A stretch of DNA of 64,000 nucleotides from an uncultured delta proteobacterium. GTDB taxonomy: Bacteria; Desulfobacterota; Desulfomonilia; UBA1062. Shown piece by piece: positions 42,887-52,747 of this stretch (position 1 is its first letter; each line of letters begins with the position of its first letter). The stretch is taken from NCBI GenBank assembly GCA_963798485.1, contig CAWCTR010000004.1:128001-192000 (forward strand), written 5' to 3'. The position numbers and the translations under genes were made by a program. The notes beneath the pieces were generated by a model. The model ran no database searches, was not told the origin of the DNA, and saw only the letters and a list, made by a program, of their open reading frames with translations.

Positions 42887-42912
42887 TGCCCCTTGTAAAA
42901 TACTCTTATTGC

Positions 42913-43101
42913 CTATCCGAGAGGAGGGAGCCCTAATTGGGCCGGGGTCCCATGGGGGTGCTTATTCCCTAGGAAGTAATGATAACAGAGTACGAATACC
43001 TTCTGATCTGCTGCGTATGCTTGGTTCGATCCTCCAGCAAGGCAGGGCGCTATCAGAATCACCAGGGCCGGAATATAGGTTAGCAATCTATGTCTGTTCA
43101 T
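42913..43101 (-). pseudogene. N-terminal fragment of a polysaccharide deacetylase
   Basis: Signal peptide then VFVLCYH (the NodB-family first motif), with a stop about 20 codons later. Confidence 0.55.
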
Positions 43102-43188
43102 AGCTCGATCCTTAAGCATGAAGTGGGAAGCAATGCAAGAGATAGGAACTCTTGAAATCCTGACATGCCCAGTATAAGAATTGCTATT

Positions 43189-43848
43189 ATGAAGATATCT
43201 ATGACATTGTACACCGCAATCATAACAATAATCCTTACACTCAATCTTGTTTCCTACGCTTATACCAATAAGAATCAGGTACAAGGGCCTTCGGTCCTGG
43301 TTCAGACTACAGTGAATTATCCACCTGTTTCTGAACAGATGAATGACACTGTATCCCGGGCATTAGTGGAGGACCTCCTCGTGCAAAAAGGGATCGACCG
43401 GGGAAAAATCCACAGTATGATTTATGACCCCAGGATTGTCATCAATCCCCAGTTCATTCTCAGTAGCCTCTTTTACACGACGCCCGGGGTAACGACATCT
43501 AAATCTGACTACATGTATTACAACCCAAGATTCATCCCCAAAGGAAGGGACTTCATCGATGAGAATCGTGTATTGTTCGACCGTATCAAGGAGCATTATA
43601 ATATCTCTCCAGAGATCATTACTTCGATACTCATAATAGAATCCAAGCTTGGCACCTACACCGGTGAGTATCATGCATTTCAGGTGTACACTAACCTCGC
43701 CCTTGCAAATGATCCGTATGTGCTTTCTCTTCTGAAGGTCTCTCAGGGTGCAAAATATCCCGGGTTATACGATACGGAGCTAATCAAGAAGGCGCAGGCA
43801 AAAGGAAAATGGGCACTGGAAGAGCTATATAATCTCGCATACACGTGA
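43189..43848 (+). pseudogene. MltB-like lytic transglycosylase, 3'-truncated
   Basis: YNISPEIITSILIIESKLG motif; ends before the GS.AGA.G..QF motif, at a junction with a copy of the 49269-50513 gene tail. Confidence 0.75.
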
Positions 43849-43964
43849 TCATCTTGACCATGCTCTGGATGCGCTTAAACAGTTCTCAACCGATATGAAA
43901 TACGAACACAGGGTAAAAGGGCAATACAGATAATTATCATATCCTCAGCACCCGTTAAACGGCT

Positions 43965-43989
43965 GGGGCGTGCAGTGTATGCACGCCCC
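43965..43989. terminator. GC-rich hairpin / likely terminator
   Basis: ggggcgtgca-gtgta-tgcacgcccc between convergent genes. Confidence 0.6.
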
Positions 43990-44015
43990 GGTATAAGCCA
44001 AAAGGTATTTAGCTG

Positions 44016-45926
44016 TTAGTTAAGTATTACCTGAAGGGAAGAAGCTGAAAAGGTTACACTTGCGTCATTGAAAGTGCCCCACCCATTAAGGTGCTTTATC
44101 TTCGCACCAGCAGTGCACGCAGTGTTGAGGGCGTTGATGAAGTTAGCATAGGTATCGTATACAGTGGAGACTCCTCCCTGATTAATGCTGAACTTATCAG
44201 TGCTCGCACCATCAGCCTGGACTATAGGGTCTATACCAGGATAATCGAGCACAAAATCAGTTATATCATTTCCCCTGTTCACTCGATGTAATTTCCCGAC
44301 GTTGCCTATGGTGCTCCCATTCAGAATGAGGCCTGTTGATGTTGTCGGCGTACTGGTGAAAACAACACTCTCCAGTCTCCCGGCACCCCATCCTACATTC
44401 AAGAAAGCTTTCGCATCGGAAAGGTTCATGATGGTCTGAGCATCAAAGTCCTCAGGGGCAGCCCCGAATGGTGCCATAAATCCTTTCATCCTGAGTGGCA
44501 TATGATTCGTAATCAGGGCTGAGGTATCAAGGCCTGCCGCAGGTTCTATCGCATAATCCAATATCGTTGCATCATTGGAAGAATTTGTGCCTGTACCTGC
44601 AAAATTGAATGGAGTTGTTGCGTCTACTATCTTTATCCCGTCGATTCTCTGCAGGGACATGGACAACCACCCACTCGACTGTTCGGTGCTAGAGGCAGGA
44701 TAATTCAGTTTCCCCAGGATGGTGGTAATATACATACGAGCATAACCGCTCGTGGCATCCAAGGTAGTGGTGCTGGAATTATAAGTCCCCAATACCCCGA
44801 TGTGCTGTCCTACAGAGATGTCGTTTATCGTGAAGTTATTTTTTGAGAATTGCTTGCTCACCTTGGTCGTGGAGGCAAGTGTGACGGTCATCGTGGGATT
44901 AAACGTGACCGTTCCTGTTGACCTAGTCAGCGTTGCACCTTTGATGGTCAGAGTATCGCCTGAACGACTGAGCACCGTACCACTGGCAGCATCCAAAGTT
45001 CCTCCCGGCACACTCGACCCGGCAAGAACTTCTTTTGCAGTAAAGTTGAGGCTTGAATCGAAAGTACCGTGGGCAATGACCGCTGTGTATGCAGGCTTTG
45101 CTGCGAGCGCCTGGAGTCCTGCGGTTGTGTAGGTTACCCCGTCTATATTAATAGCGGTGTTGCTATCGACATTGACCGTCATGGTGCCGAACGATGTGTC
45201 ATGAGACAGGGCATTGGCAAAGGGTCGCAGGATCATAACGAACGAATTACCGCTCACGTTCACACTCTGTAGCGGCCCTCTGAAGCGTTGGATCTTGTCA
45301 GTATCGGGCTTAAGTGAGGCATTGAGAACTGGAGATACCGCCAACGAAGGTGTATCTCCTGAGAATGTCACAACATTCGTAGAGCCAAGGTTGAAATCAA
45401 GGGCCATATGCACTGGGCCACCAACAGCAACGGTAAGATTGGAGTCAAGATCGACGGTAAGATCAATGGTCGATGTTATCGCAGTCCCATTTTCATCAGT
45501 AATGTTCGCAACGGGTATCGGTATTACATTCCCATTGTTATCATATACTTCGATATCGGCATTGGAATAATCAAGCGTCATGATGACCTTGTCATACGTT
45601 CCGACTCCAACCGTTCCGGATGTCAGGAATTCGGTCATGTTGGTCAATTGAGCGAAGTCGACCATCGTTGTCCCGGTAGTGGGAAGTGCATCGACAAATG
45701 TTCCGTCTTTCTTATAAAGTTTAATGGCTGTTACATTAACCGCATACCGGACGAAATCACCTGGTGCATCCGTAAGACCGATCAGCGCCTGGGCAGAGCT
45801 TGAAGAGCTACTTCCGTCTGAGTTCGATCCTCCTCCTCCACCTCCGCACCCCTGGATGATAAAGATCAGGGATAAAAGCAGGATAAAACTAATTCCCTTC
45901 CTTGCTGTAGATAATCCCTCTTTCAT
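44016..45926 (-). CDS. Surface lipoprotein (DUF4382 + DUF5666-like)
   Basis: Lipobox IQG-C, Gly/Ser linker, GLTDAP and LDFNL motifs, Thr-rich beta repeats. Confidence 0.8.
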   Translation of the reverse strand: MKEGLSTARKGISFILLLSLIFIIQGCGGGGGGSNSDGSSSSSSAQALIGLTDAPGDFVRYAVNVTAIKLYKKDGTFVDALPTTGTTMVDFAQLTNMTEFLTSGTVGVGTYDKVIMTLDYSNADIEVYDNNGNVIPIPVANITDENGTAITSTIDLTVDLDSNLTVAVGGPVHMALDFNLGSTNVVTFSGDTPSLAVSPVLNASLKPDTDKIQRFRGPLQSVNVSGNSFVMILRPFANALSHDTSFGTMTVNVDSNTAINIDGVTYTTAGLQALAAKPAYTAVIAHGTFDSSLNFTAKEVLAGSSVPGGTLDAASGTVLSRSGDTLTIKGATLTRSTGTVTFNPTMTVTLASTTKVSKQFSKNNFTINDISVGQHIGVLGTYNSSTTTLDATSGYARMYITTILGKLNYPASSTEQSSGWLSMSLQRIDGIKIVDATTPFNFAGTGTNSSNDATILDYAIEPAAGLDTSALITNHMPLRMKGFMAPFGAAPEDFDAQTIMNLSDAKAFLNVGWGAGRLESVVFTSTPTTSTGLILNGSTIGNVGKLHRVNRGNDITDFVLDYPGIDPIVQADGASTDKFSINQGGVSTVYDTYANFINALNTACTAGAKIKHLNGWGTFNDASVTFSASSLQVILN

Positions 45927-45992
45927 ACAGATATCCTCCTACTGGTAACTATTTATATTTCTTTTCGTTATGGTTATTTATTAATTGTTCTC

Positions 45993-46019
45993 TTATCGGT
46001 TAACCCACAGGGCTGCTTA
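45993..46019 (-). promoter_or_regulatory. Putative sigma28 promoter
   Basis: TAAG-N15-ACCGATAA versus consensus TAAA-N15-GCCGATAA. Confidence 0.5.
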
Positions 46020-46168
46020 AGCCTAATTACTATTAAGAATTGTTAAGAATTAATTTGCCCTGATTGGATCCATATATGCCCTTGAAAACTGTAATATTGC
46101 GTAAGACGTCTGATGCATGGAATTTGTTTACAGAGACTCTGAATGATGTGAATTCCATTTATCACAAT

Positions 46169-46609
46169 TCATTTAGTCTTGACTCCATTAGTGAATTTAT
46201 TAGCCAACCTCAAGAAATGAAATTTTTCCACATTACTTATGACCACATAGATTCGTATATTATTGCTGTTAGGATCTACAGGTATTAAGAAAAATCCGGG
46301 ACGCTGCGGGTCATAGCCTAACGCAGAGCCTTGAAGCACTTCCCCATCCTTGAAAGTAACTTCTACCCTGCGGCCTTGAGAATGATCACCCTCATTAAAC
46401 AATTTCCGCTCGCTGTATTCCTTATTACCTTCAAGAGTCTTCACAAAGAACAAAGCCTTGAGGTCTACCGTCTTTACCAGAATTGGTTTAGTGCCGGGTG
46501 TCATATCGTTAAGGAGATGGAAATAAGGGTTGGATGGATTGAAATCCTGTACATAGCCTTTGAGAAAAGTGCCATCTATGAAGTGCGCAACGACCTTGAT
46601 CGGCTCCAA
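46169..46609 (-). CDS. Conserved hypothetical protein with internal two-fold repeat (DUF6982-like)
   Basis: KVVAHFIDGTFLKG and RVEVTFKDGEVLQG repeats; LKALFFVK; GFFLIPVDP. Confidence 0.75.
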   Translation of the reverse strand: MEPIKVVAHFIDGTFLKGYVQDFNPSNPYFHLLNDMTPGTKPILVKTVDLKALFFVKTLEGNKEYSERKLFNEGDHSQGRRVEVTFKDGEVLQGSALGYDPQRPGFFLIPVDPNSNNIRIYVVISNVEKFHFLRLANKFTNGVKTK

Positions 46610-46734
46610 CTTTCCCCGGCAGATTATTTTAAACTATACGACGTTTGAAGCACAGCATTTGTTTACAGAGAGGTGGCCCCGGTTGTTTGGACAGGGGATG
46701 GCGTTTTATAAGTGAAGCCTTGCCGCTATTCCCA

Positions 46735-47565
46735 TTAAGCCGCATCGGGCATCTCCTCCCGACAACCAAAATAGACCTCATCCGGTGTTGATCTGTCAAG
46801 CTTCGAGTGTGGCCGTTGATGATTGTAAAAAGTTAGATAGCGTTCCAGCCCGCTTCTGGCTTCACTGACGCTATCATAGGCGTGCAGATAGACCTCCTCA
46901 TATTTGATGCTTTTCCAGAGCCTCTCTACAAATACATTGTCACGCCAGCATCCTCTCCCGTCCACGCTGATGGCAATTCCTTTTCCCTTCAAAAGCGCTG
47001 TAAACTCCATGCCGGTGAACTGGCTGCCCTGGTCGGTATTGAAGATGTCCGGTGTCCCATATAGATCTAGGGCTTCTTGAACCGCCTCGATACAAAAATC
47101 TGTGCTCAGGGTGTTTGACAACCGCCATGAGAGTACCCGCCGTGTTGCCCAGTCCATCACCACGAAGAGATAGACAAAACCTCGCTTCATCGGAATATAG
47201 GTGATGTCTGCTGCCCAGACATGGTTAGGTCTCTCGATCTTCAAATTTCTAAGCAGATAGGGGTAGACCTGATGACTTGGGTGACGCCTGCTGGTATTGG
47301 GCTTGCGGTAGATGGCACCAATCCGCATGCGTCTCATCAGGGTGCTCACATGTCGGCGACCGATCAGATGTCCTTCGCGTCTGAGCAGATCCCTAAGCAT
47401 TCGGGCTCCGGCAAAAGGATAATCAAGATGCAACTTATCTATCCGACGCATCAGCTCAAGATCGGCTGGCAATACCGGTCGTGGCCGGTAATATACGCTC
47501 GAACGCGAAAGCTTCAAGGTGCGGCACTGCCTCGTTATAGGCAGTTTGCGGCTGGGGTTTATCAT
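46735..47565 (-). CDS. IS3 transposase OrfB (DDE)
   Basis: WAADITY, NTDQGSQF, DNVFVERLW, YNHQRPH. Confidence 0.95.
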   Translation of the reverse strand: MINPSRKLPITRQCRTLKLSRSSVYYRPRPVLPADLELMRRIDKLHLDYPFAGARMLRDLLRREGHLIGRRHVSTLMRRMRIGAIYRKPNTSRRHPSHQVYPYLLRNLKIERPNHVWAADITYIPMKRGFVYLFVVMDWATRRVLSWRLSNTLSTDFCIEAVQEALDLYGTPDIFNTDQGSQFTGMEFTALLKGKGIAISVDGRGCWRDNVFVERLWKSIKYEEVYLHAYDSVSEARSGLERYLTFYNHQRPHSKLDRSTPDEVYFGCREEMPDAA

Positions 47566-47858
47566 TTCCTTGCGCTCAGTCGACCCACTTTGATGAGCGC
47601 CTGTTCTAAAAAATCGTTCTCCAGGGTCAGCTCACCGATCTTGGCATGCATCTCCTTCAGGTCCGGCTCCTTGCCCTTCCTGGGGCCGTCAAAGACTGTA
47701 GCGGCACCATCCAACATCTGCTGCTTCCAGTCCGATATCTGGTTGGGGTGTACATCGAACTGCTCAGCTATCTCTGCGAGAGTTCTATCACCCTTGATTG
47801 CTGATAATGCCACTTTCGCCTTAAAACTTGCCGAGTGATTCCGTCTTGTCCTTCTCAT
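47562..47858 (-). CDS. IS3 transposase OrfA (HTH)
   Basis: RRNHSASFKAKVAL, FDVHPNQI; ATGA overlap with orfB. Confidence 0.93.
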   Translation of the reverse strand: MRRTRRNHSASFKAKVALSAIKGDRTLAEIAEQFDVHPNQISDWKQQMLDGAATVFDGPRKGKEPDLKEMHAKIGELTLENDFLEQALIKVGRLSARK

Positions 47859-48125
47859 ACTCTTGCTCCTTTCTTTGACCGTATTCCATCGGTCTCTTTA
47901 GAGCAAGGTTTTCACTTATAGACCTGTCCGAATTTCCGGAGCCACTTCTCAGGGAGGATAATATAATCCTACTCTTGGTGAAATCTCTGAACTTAGGATA
48001 AAACGATTTTTCTATTTGTTTAAGTGCACTAGCTGATTATCCGAGGTTCTCGAAAGAGATCTATACAGAGGCAGGTCTATTTAAGATCTTGCAACATAGT
48101 ATATAGCATTTGAAAAAGCCTTCAA

Positions 48126-48244
48126 CAAAACTATAGAGTTCATGCCAGGTGTCACACTCTGATTACATGTGATTGGTTTCGAATGTTTCAACTCCAGATC
48201 TTCAGTATCTTCAGTTTCCAAGCATCATAAAACCGATATGAAAT
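48126..48244 (-). repeat. Island-internal dispersed repeat, copy B
   Basis: Reverse complement aligns ungapped to 53945-54028 (65/84 by manual count). Confidence 0.75.
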
Positions 48245-48566
48245 CGAAGAGAATCTATAATGTTTGAAAAATCTTTACAGACCACATTTTTTCTTTTCAT
48301 ATACTTATGAACTACATAACCACGAAATATGACCTGGAGCTAAATCCCTTCACATGTCTTTCATCATTGTGCTCTAAAGTAAATTTATGGAAAATCTATA
48401 CGATCAATAATGGATAACACTTGACGGGAAGTGCTGCTGCACCGTACCATCAACTCAATATTCCTTGTGGGTTTGCTTGTTTTGCTGACAAAACAACCTT
48501 ACCCTCCAAGAGGATTTTCACAAAGATTTTCGGTTCATGCTATTTTAAACAAGTGTAGATGGACAT

Positions 48567-49046
48567 ATGAATTTAAGCGAGACTATTAAACTGCTTATCA
48601 ATATCACGACAATGATAACGATAGCTATTGTTATCATTATAAGCTTTTATTTATTTAGGAGGCGGAAAGTCCTAAATGAAAAAGCTGGAGTATCCGTAAA
48701 GACATACTTATGGATAGTAGGAATCGTAGAAGTGATTTATGACGTGGGTATTATTTTAATTCTCTATGCCATGGGAGTGAATGTGCTTCAACATCTTAAA
48801 CATCTTGAGTTTGGTAAGTTTTTTAGTGCCATTGATTCTGTTGATATTTCAAAGATGAAGTATGTTGGCACAATCGGATGGATTGGTTTTTCCATGAATT
48901 GCGCAGTTACATACATTGCTCCTGTTTATCTTTTGATAAAGGGAGGCAAAAAACTCCCCCCATTAATTTATAGTGCTGCTTGGACAGAAATAGGGCTAGA
49001 GACAGTTGTACGGACTCTGGTCTTTATATCTCTTTTCTTGGGATGA
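48567..49046 (+). CDS. Hypothetical membrane protein
   Basis: 159 aa with 3-4 hydrophobic segments. Confidence 0.65.
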   Translation: MNLSETIKLLINITTMITIAIVIIISFYLFRRRKVLNEKAGVSVKTYLWIVGIVEVIYDVGIILILYAMGVNVLQHLKHLEFGKFFSAIDSVDISKMKYVGTIGWIGFSMNCAVTYIAPVYLLIKGGKKLPPLIYSAAWTEIGLETVVRTLVFISLFLG

Positions 49047-49268
49047 ACTAATAATACTAAAACGCTATTCGATGCAATAAATGAAACATCTATGAGGAAT
49101 TGAACAAGAAATGATTATTTGTTAATGCTGTTTACAACTTGAGTCATCCTAGTATAATGAAAATCAAACTCATATCTTTTTGCTGCGAGTCATCGATTAA
49201 TCGGCGGCACAAGTGTATGAAACTTAAGAAGAGGAAAAAATTGTTATATTAATAAATTAGGTGGTTTC

Positions 49269-50513
49269 ATGCAGGAATATAAAGAAATTTACAAATGGTT
49301 TTCTCCTCTTAAAGAGATACTACATACCATCCCCTGTGCCAGTAGCCTTCCATCGCCAACCTTTGTTATTGATGGAAGAGAATATATTTCATTTAGCTCT
49401 AATAACTACCTAGGGCTGGCTTCACACCCACGCATGATAAACAAAGCCAGGGAAGGCCTTGAGAAATATGGCATCGCAAATTGTGAATCAAGACTGCTTG
49501 GCGGCGACATGGATTTATATTTGAACCTGGAGGCAAAGATCGCCCAGCTCAAGCATAAAGAATCGGCAATGCTCTTTGCTACAGGATACCTCACGAATCT
49601 AGGTGTCCTCTCTGCTCTAGTAAACTCAGGAAAGATGGCTCGCTTTTTCGGCCATACCCCCTCAAAGATCTATAGATATACCTATTTCACGGACCAATAT
49701 AATCATGTGAGTATTCGTGAGGGCATCGCATTGTCTGGTATACACAGTGTCAGATACAGGCATTGTGACATGAATGATTTGGAACAGAAGCTCAAAACCT
49801 ATAACGATAATATACCGATTATTGTGAGCGACGGCGTTTTCAGTATGGATGGAGATATAATTCCTCTGCCGGATATGCTTCAACTAGCAGAACGTTACGG
49901 AGGCATGATCTATATCGATGATGCACATGGAACTGGTATTCTTGGAAAAACCGGTGCTGGCACAACGGAACACTTTGATATTGACAGTCCATGCATAATA
50001 TCCATGGGCACTCTGAGTAAGGCATATGGCGCAATAGGGGGCTTTATTGCTGCTGATTCCTGTATTACGGAGTGCTTGCGATTTTCCTGCAAATCATATG
50101 GGTTCACTTCCACCCTTCCGCCGGATCAGGCATATGCTGTATCCGAGGCTATTGATATTGTACATGATGAGCCGGGGTTGCGACAACAGATCTGGGAAAA
50201 TCAACGCTATTTTGTGGCTGGTGTAGAATCGCGAGGTTACAGTGTTATGAGCAAGGAGTGCTGCATAATTCCGGTGGAGATTGGTGATGAGATGCAGTGT
50301 GAGTCGATGGCCCGAATATTAGGAAATGACTATGGTATACATGTTGATTCTATAGTGTTCCCCGCAGTTCCACAAAAACAGGCCAGGTTACGCTTTAGTA
50401 TGAACGCCAAACATACACGTGATCATCTTGACCGTGCTCTAGATGCGCTTAAACAATGCTCGGCTAATATAAATTTCGAAAATAAGCAGAGATTAGTCAT
50501 GGATAATTGTTAG
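49269..50513 (+). CDS. PLP-dependent alpha-oxoamine synthase (BioF/Kbl/SPT family)
   Basis: SNNYLGL, NHVSI, DGVFSMDGD, DDAHG, GTLSKA, RLRFS. Confidence 0.92.
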   Translation: MQEYKEIYKWFSPLKEILHTIPCASSLPSPTFVIDGREYISFSSNNYLGLASHPRMINKAREGLEKYGIANCESRLLGGDMDLYLNLEAKIAQLKHKESAMLFATGYLTNLGVLSALVNSGKMARFFGHTPSKIYRYTYFTDQYNHVSIREGIALSGIHSVRYRHCDMNDLEQKLKTYNDNIPIIVSDGVFSMDGDIIPLPDMLQLAERYGGMIYIDDAHGTGILGKTGAGTTEHFDIDSPCIISMGTLSKAYGAIGGFIAADSCITECLRFSCKSYGFTSTLPPDQAYAVSEAIDIVHDEPGLRQQIWENQRYFVAGVESRGYSVMSKECCIIPVEIGDEMQCESMARILGNDYGIHVDSIVFPAVPQKQARLRFSMNAKHTRDHLDRALDALKQCSANINFENKQRLVMDNC

Positions 50514-50638
50514 TTCTTAGTCTTCGCATCGTCCATGATAGCTTCATGTTCCTTATTAAAGTATAACTTACCTTATTCTTTTTTTGAGGATATTGAATGG
50601 TCACCCGATAACTATATCCTCAAAATGGAGAACTCTGC

Positions 50639-51619
50639 ATGAAATGTTTAGTTACCGGTGCAACCGGCTTTCTAGGTACCAACCTTGTTCATGAACTCAC
50701 AAAAAAAGGATGGGACTCACGGGCGTTACGTCGGCAAGGATCAGAGATAAAATATCTCAAGGAGCTGCCTGTTGAGATAGTTTTCGGTGATGTTACAAGC
50801 CAGGATGATATGGATAAGGCAGTTCAGGGAATGGATGTTGTCTTCCATGTTGCGGGTGATACATCCTGGTGGAAGAAGAACTTTGACAGGCAGAGAAGAA
50901 CTAATGTCGATGGTCCTACGAATGTTGCCCGATCCTGCCTTAAACATGGCGTGAAGAGGCTTATCCACACAAGCACATGTGATACCCTTGGATACAACCC
51001 TTACGGAGTAGCTGATGAGACCTGGGGCCATTACAATTTTCAGGGAATGAACTATAACTATGGTGACACAAAGCGTGAAGGCGAGAACAGGGTGCGTGGA
51101 TTCATAGATAAGGGCCTTGAGTTGATTGTGATCCATCCGGGAGGCATGATAGGGCCATATGATTTCACTCTTCAGTACGGCAGGCTTTTTTTTGATCTCA
51201 GGGATGGAAAGCTTCCCGGCTGTCCTATCGGGGGTGATTCTGTTAATCATGTGTGTGAAGTGGCAAAGGCACATATAGCTGCTGCGGAGAAGGGAAAGCC
51301 CGGAGAAAGTTATATCTGCGCAGGGGTAAACCTTACCCATAGAGAGCTCTTCCAGGCTTTTGCTGAAAAAGTTGGCAAATCCGCTCCTATGCTGAACATC
51401 CCTCGATGGGCGACAGTTGCTTATGGTTATATCATGGAATTTATATCAAACATTACCAATAAACCCCCTGAAATCAACCCTGGTATGGCACGTTATATGT
51501 CGGTCTATTCTTACTACGATTCATCCAAGGCCATCAGGGAGTTGGATTATAAAATCGTTCCCCTCTCAGGGATGATCGATGATGCCTATAATTGGTATAA
51601 GGAGAATGGTTACTTGTAA
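50639..51619 (+). CDS. Extended SDR / dihydroflavonol-reductase(HpnA)-like oxidoreductase
   Basis: TGATGFLG, VFHVAG, HTST, YGDTK (YxxxK). Confidence 0.9.
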   Translation: MKCLVTGATGFLGTNLVHELTKKGWDSRALRRQGSEIKYLKELPVEIVFGDVTSQDDMDKAVQGMDVVFHVAGDTSWWKKNFDRQRRTNVDGPTNVARSCLKHGVKRLIHTSTCDTLGYNPYGVADETWGHYNFQGMNYNYGDTKREGENRVRGFIDKGLELIVIHPGGMIGPYDFTLQYGRLFFDLRDGKLPGCPIGGDSVNHVCEVAKAHIAAAEKGKPGESYICAGVNLTHRELFQAFAEKVGKSAPMLNIPRWATVAYGYIMEFISNITNKPPEINPGMARYMSVYSYYDSSKAIRELDYKIVPLSGMIDDAYNWYKENGYL

Positions 51620-51624
51620 TAGTG

Positions 51625-52539
51625 TTAGGACCCTATATCGAAGTCACAGCCTAAGCCCAGGATGAGGTAGATTTGCCCTTTGGTGTCAGCATCCTGAAGG
51701 TAATACCCAACTCTTATTTCCACTCTCGGCCTATCAAACCCCCAGATAGATCTGAAGGGTACCCAATAAAGTTGTCCACCTATTTTCTGCTGGGTAATCC
51801 TGGCATCAATTGCTCGTTCAACTTCATAATATGGTCCCATGAGCAGGGTCTCTTCATGTAATCCTTTCCAAGATTCGTACATCACCTGTGTAATGTTGGT
51901 TATCAGCCAATCATCGTTTTTCAAGAGGGTGTGATTATCGAGTTCCAGGAAAAAGGGACCTCGGCCAGAAAAGTTATAATGAGCAAAATCCGTCTGGCTC
52001 TGCAGTAAAATTGGACCAATTTTGCCCTGAAGTGTAGGTTGAAACATAAACCGTTGACCATTGGCGACTTCTTCATCATGACGATTTTTTATGGCACGTT
52101 CACTTATCGAAGCATTAGCGGAGTTGAAGGAAAGCAGGCCTTGGTTTACCCCATAATAATGATAGTAATCATATTGTACACGAAGCGGCAGAATAATCCA
52201 GGGCATCCATTCGAAATGTACAGTTGCATTCCCATATGCAGGTGATAAGCCTAGGCCCAAACCAGTCTGCCAGTAAGAACTTTCTGCACCAATATTTTCA
52301 TCATACCTGTAAACATCATGATAATTTATACCACCATAAAGGCCGATACCAAGGGGATTCCGAATACTGATCAGATCTCCATAGAGAAGAAAATGACCGC
52401 CAGTTCTTTCTTCAGCGAGGGCTTTATCTGTCTGCTGTGTTGAAGATCGATCTTGGGCTGGTGCAACAGTAATATTGACAAACAGGATAAATAAACTAAG
52501 AATAAGTACAGCAGGATATAATAATCGATTTTTTTCCAC
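51625..52539 (-). CDS. Exported hypothetical protein, probable outer-membrane beta-barrel
   Basis: Signal peptide (APA-Q), alternating aromatic/Gly strands, C-terminal LGLGCDF. Confidence 0.65.
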   Translation of the reverse strand: MEKNRLLYPAVLILSLFILFVNITVAPAQDRSSTQQTDKALAEERTGGHFLLYGDLISIRNPLGIGLYGGINYHDVYRYDENIGAESSYWQTGLGLGLSPAYGNATVHFEWMPWIILPLRVQYDYYHYYGVNQGLLSFNSANASISERAIKNRHDEEVANGQRFMFQPTLQGKIGPILLQSQTDFAHYNFSGRGPFFLELDNHTLLKNDDWLITNITQVMYESWKGLHEETLLMGPYYEVERAIDARITQQKIGGQLYWVPFRSIWGFDRPRVEIRVGYYLQDADTKGQIYLILGLGCDFDIGS

Positions 52540-52747
52540 TTGCTAATCTCTTATCCCACCATCTTATGATAAATCTAATTTTATTAACATATTAATCTCG
52601 TTTGGGGTTAATTCCCCTTAGCTTGCTACGAAAGGCCGATTCCATATAGAGGCTTTTGATTGTTCAAAAGGATCTATAAAATTGCTTTAACCCTTTTATG
52701 TTCACTGTTCCATTTATGAAAAATCTTATTCCTTGAGGTAATTTCTA

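Larger units (their letters stand above)
46667..47951 (-). mobile_element. IS3-family insertion sequence
   Basis: Imperfect IRs AGAGAGGTGGCCCCGG..GGACAG / TGAGAAGTGGCTCCGG..GGACAG around orfA and orfB; no target duplication visible. Confidence 0.9.
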
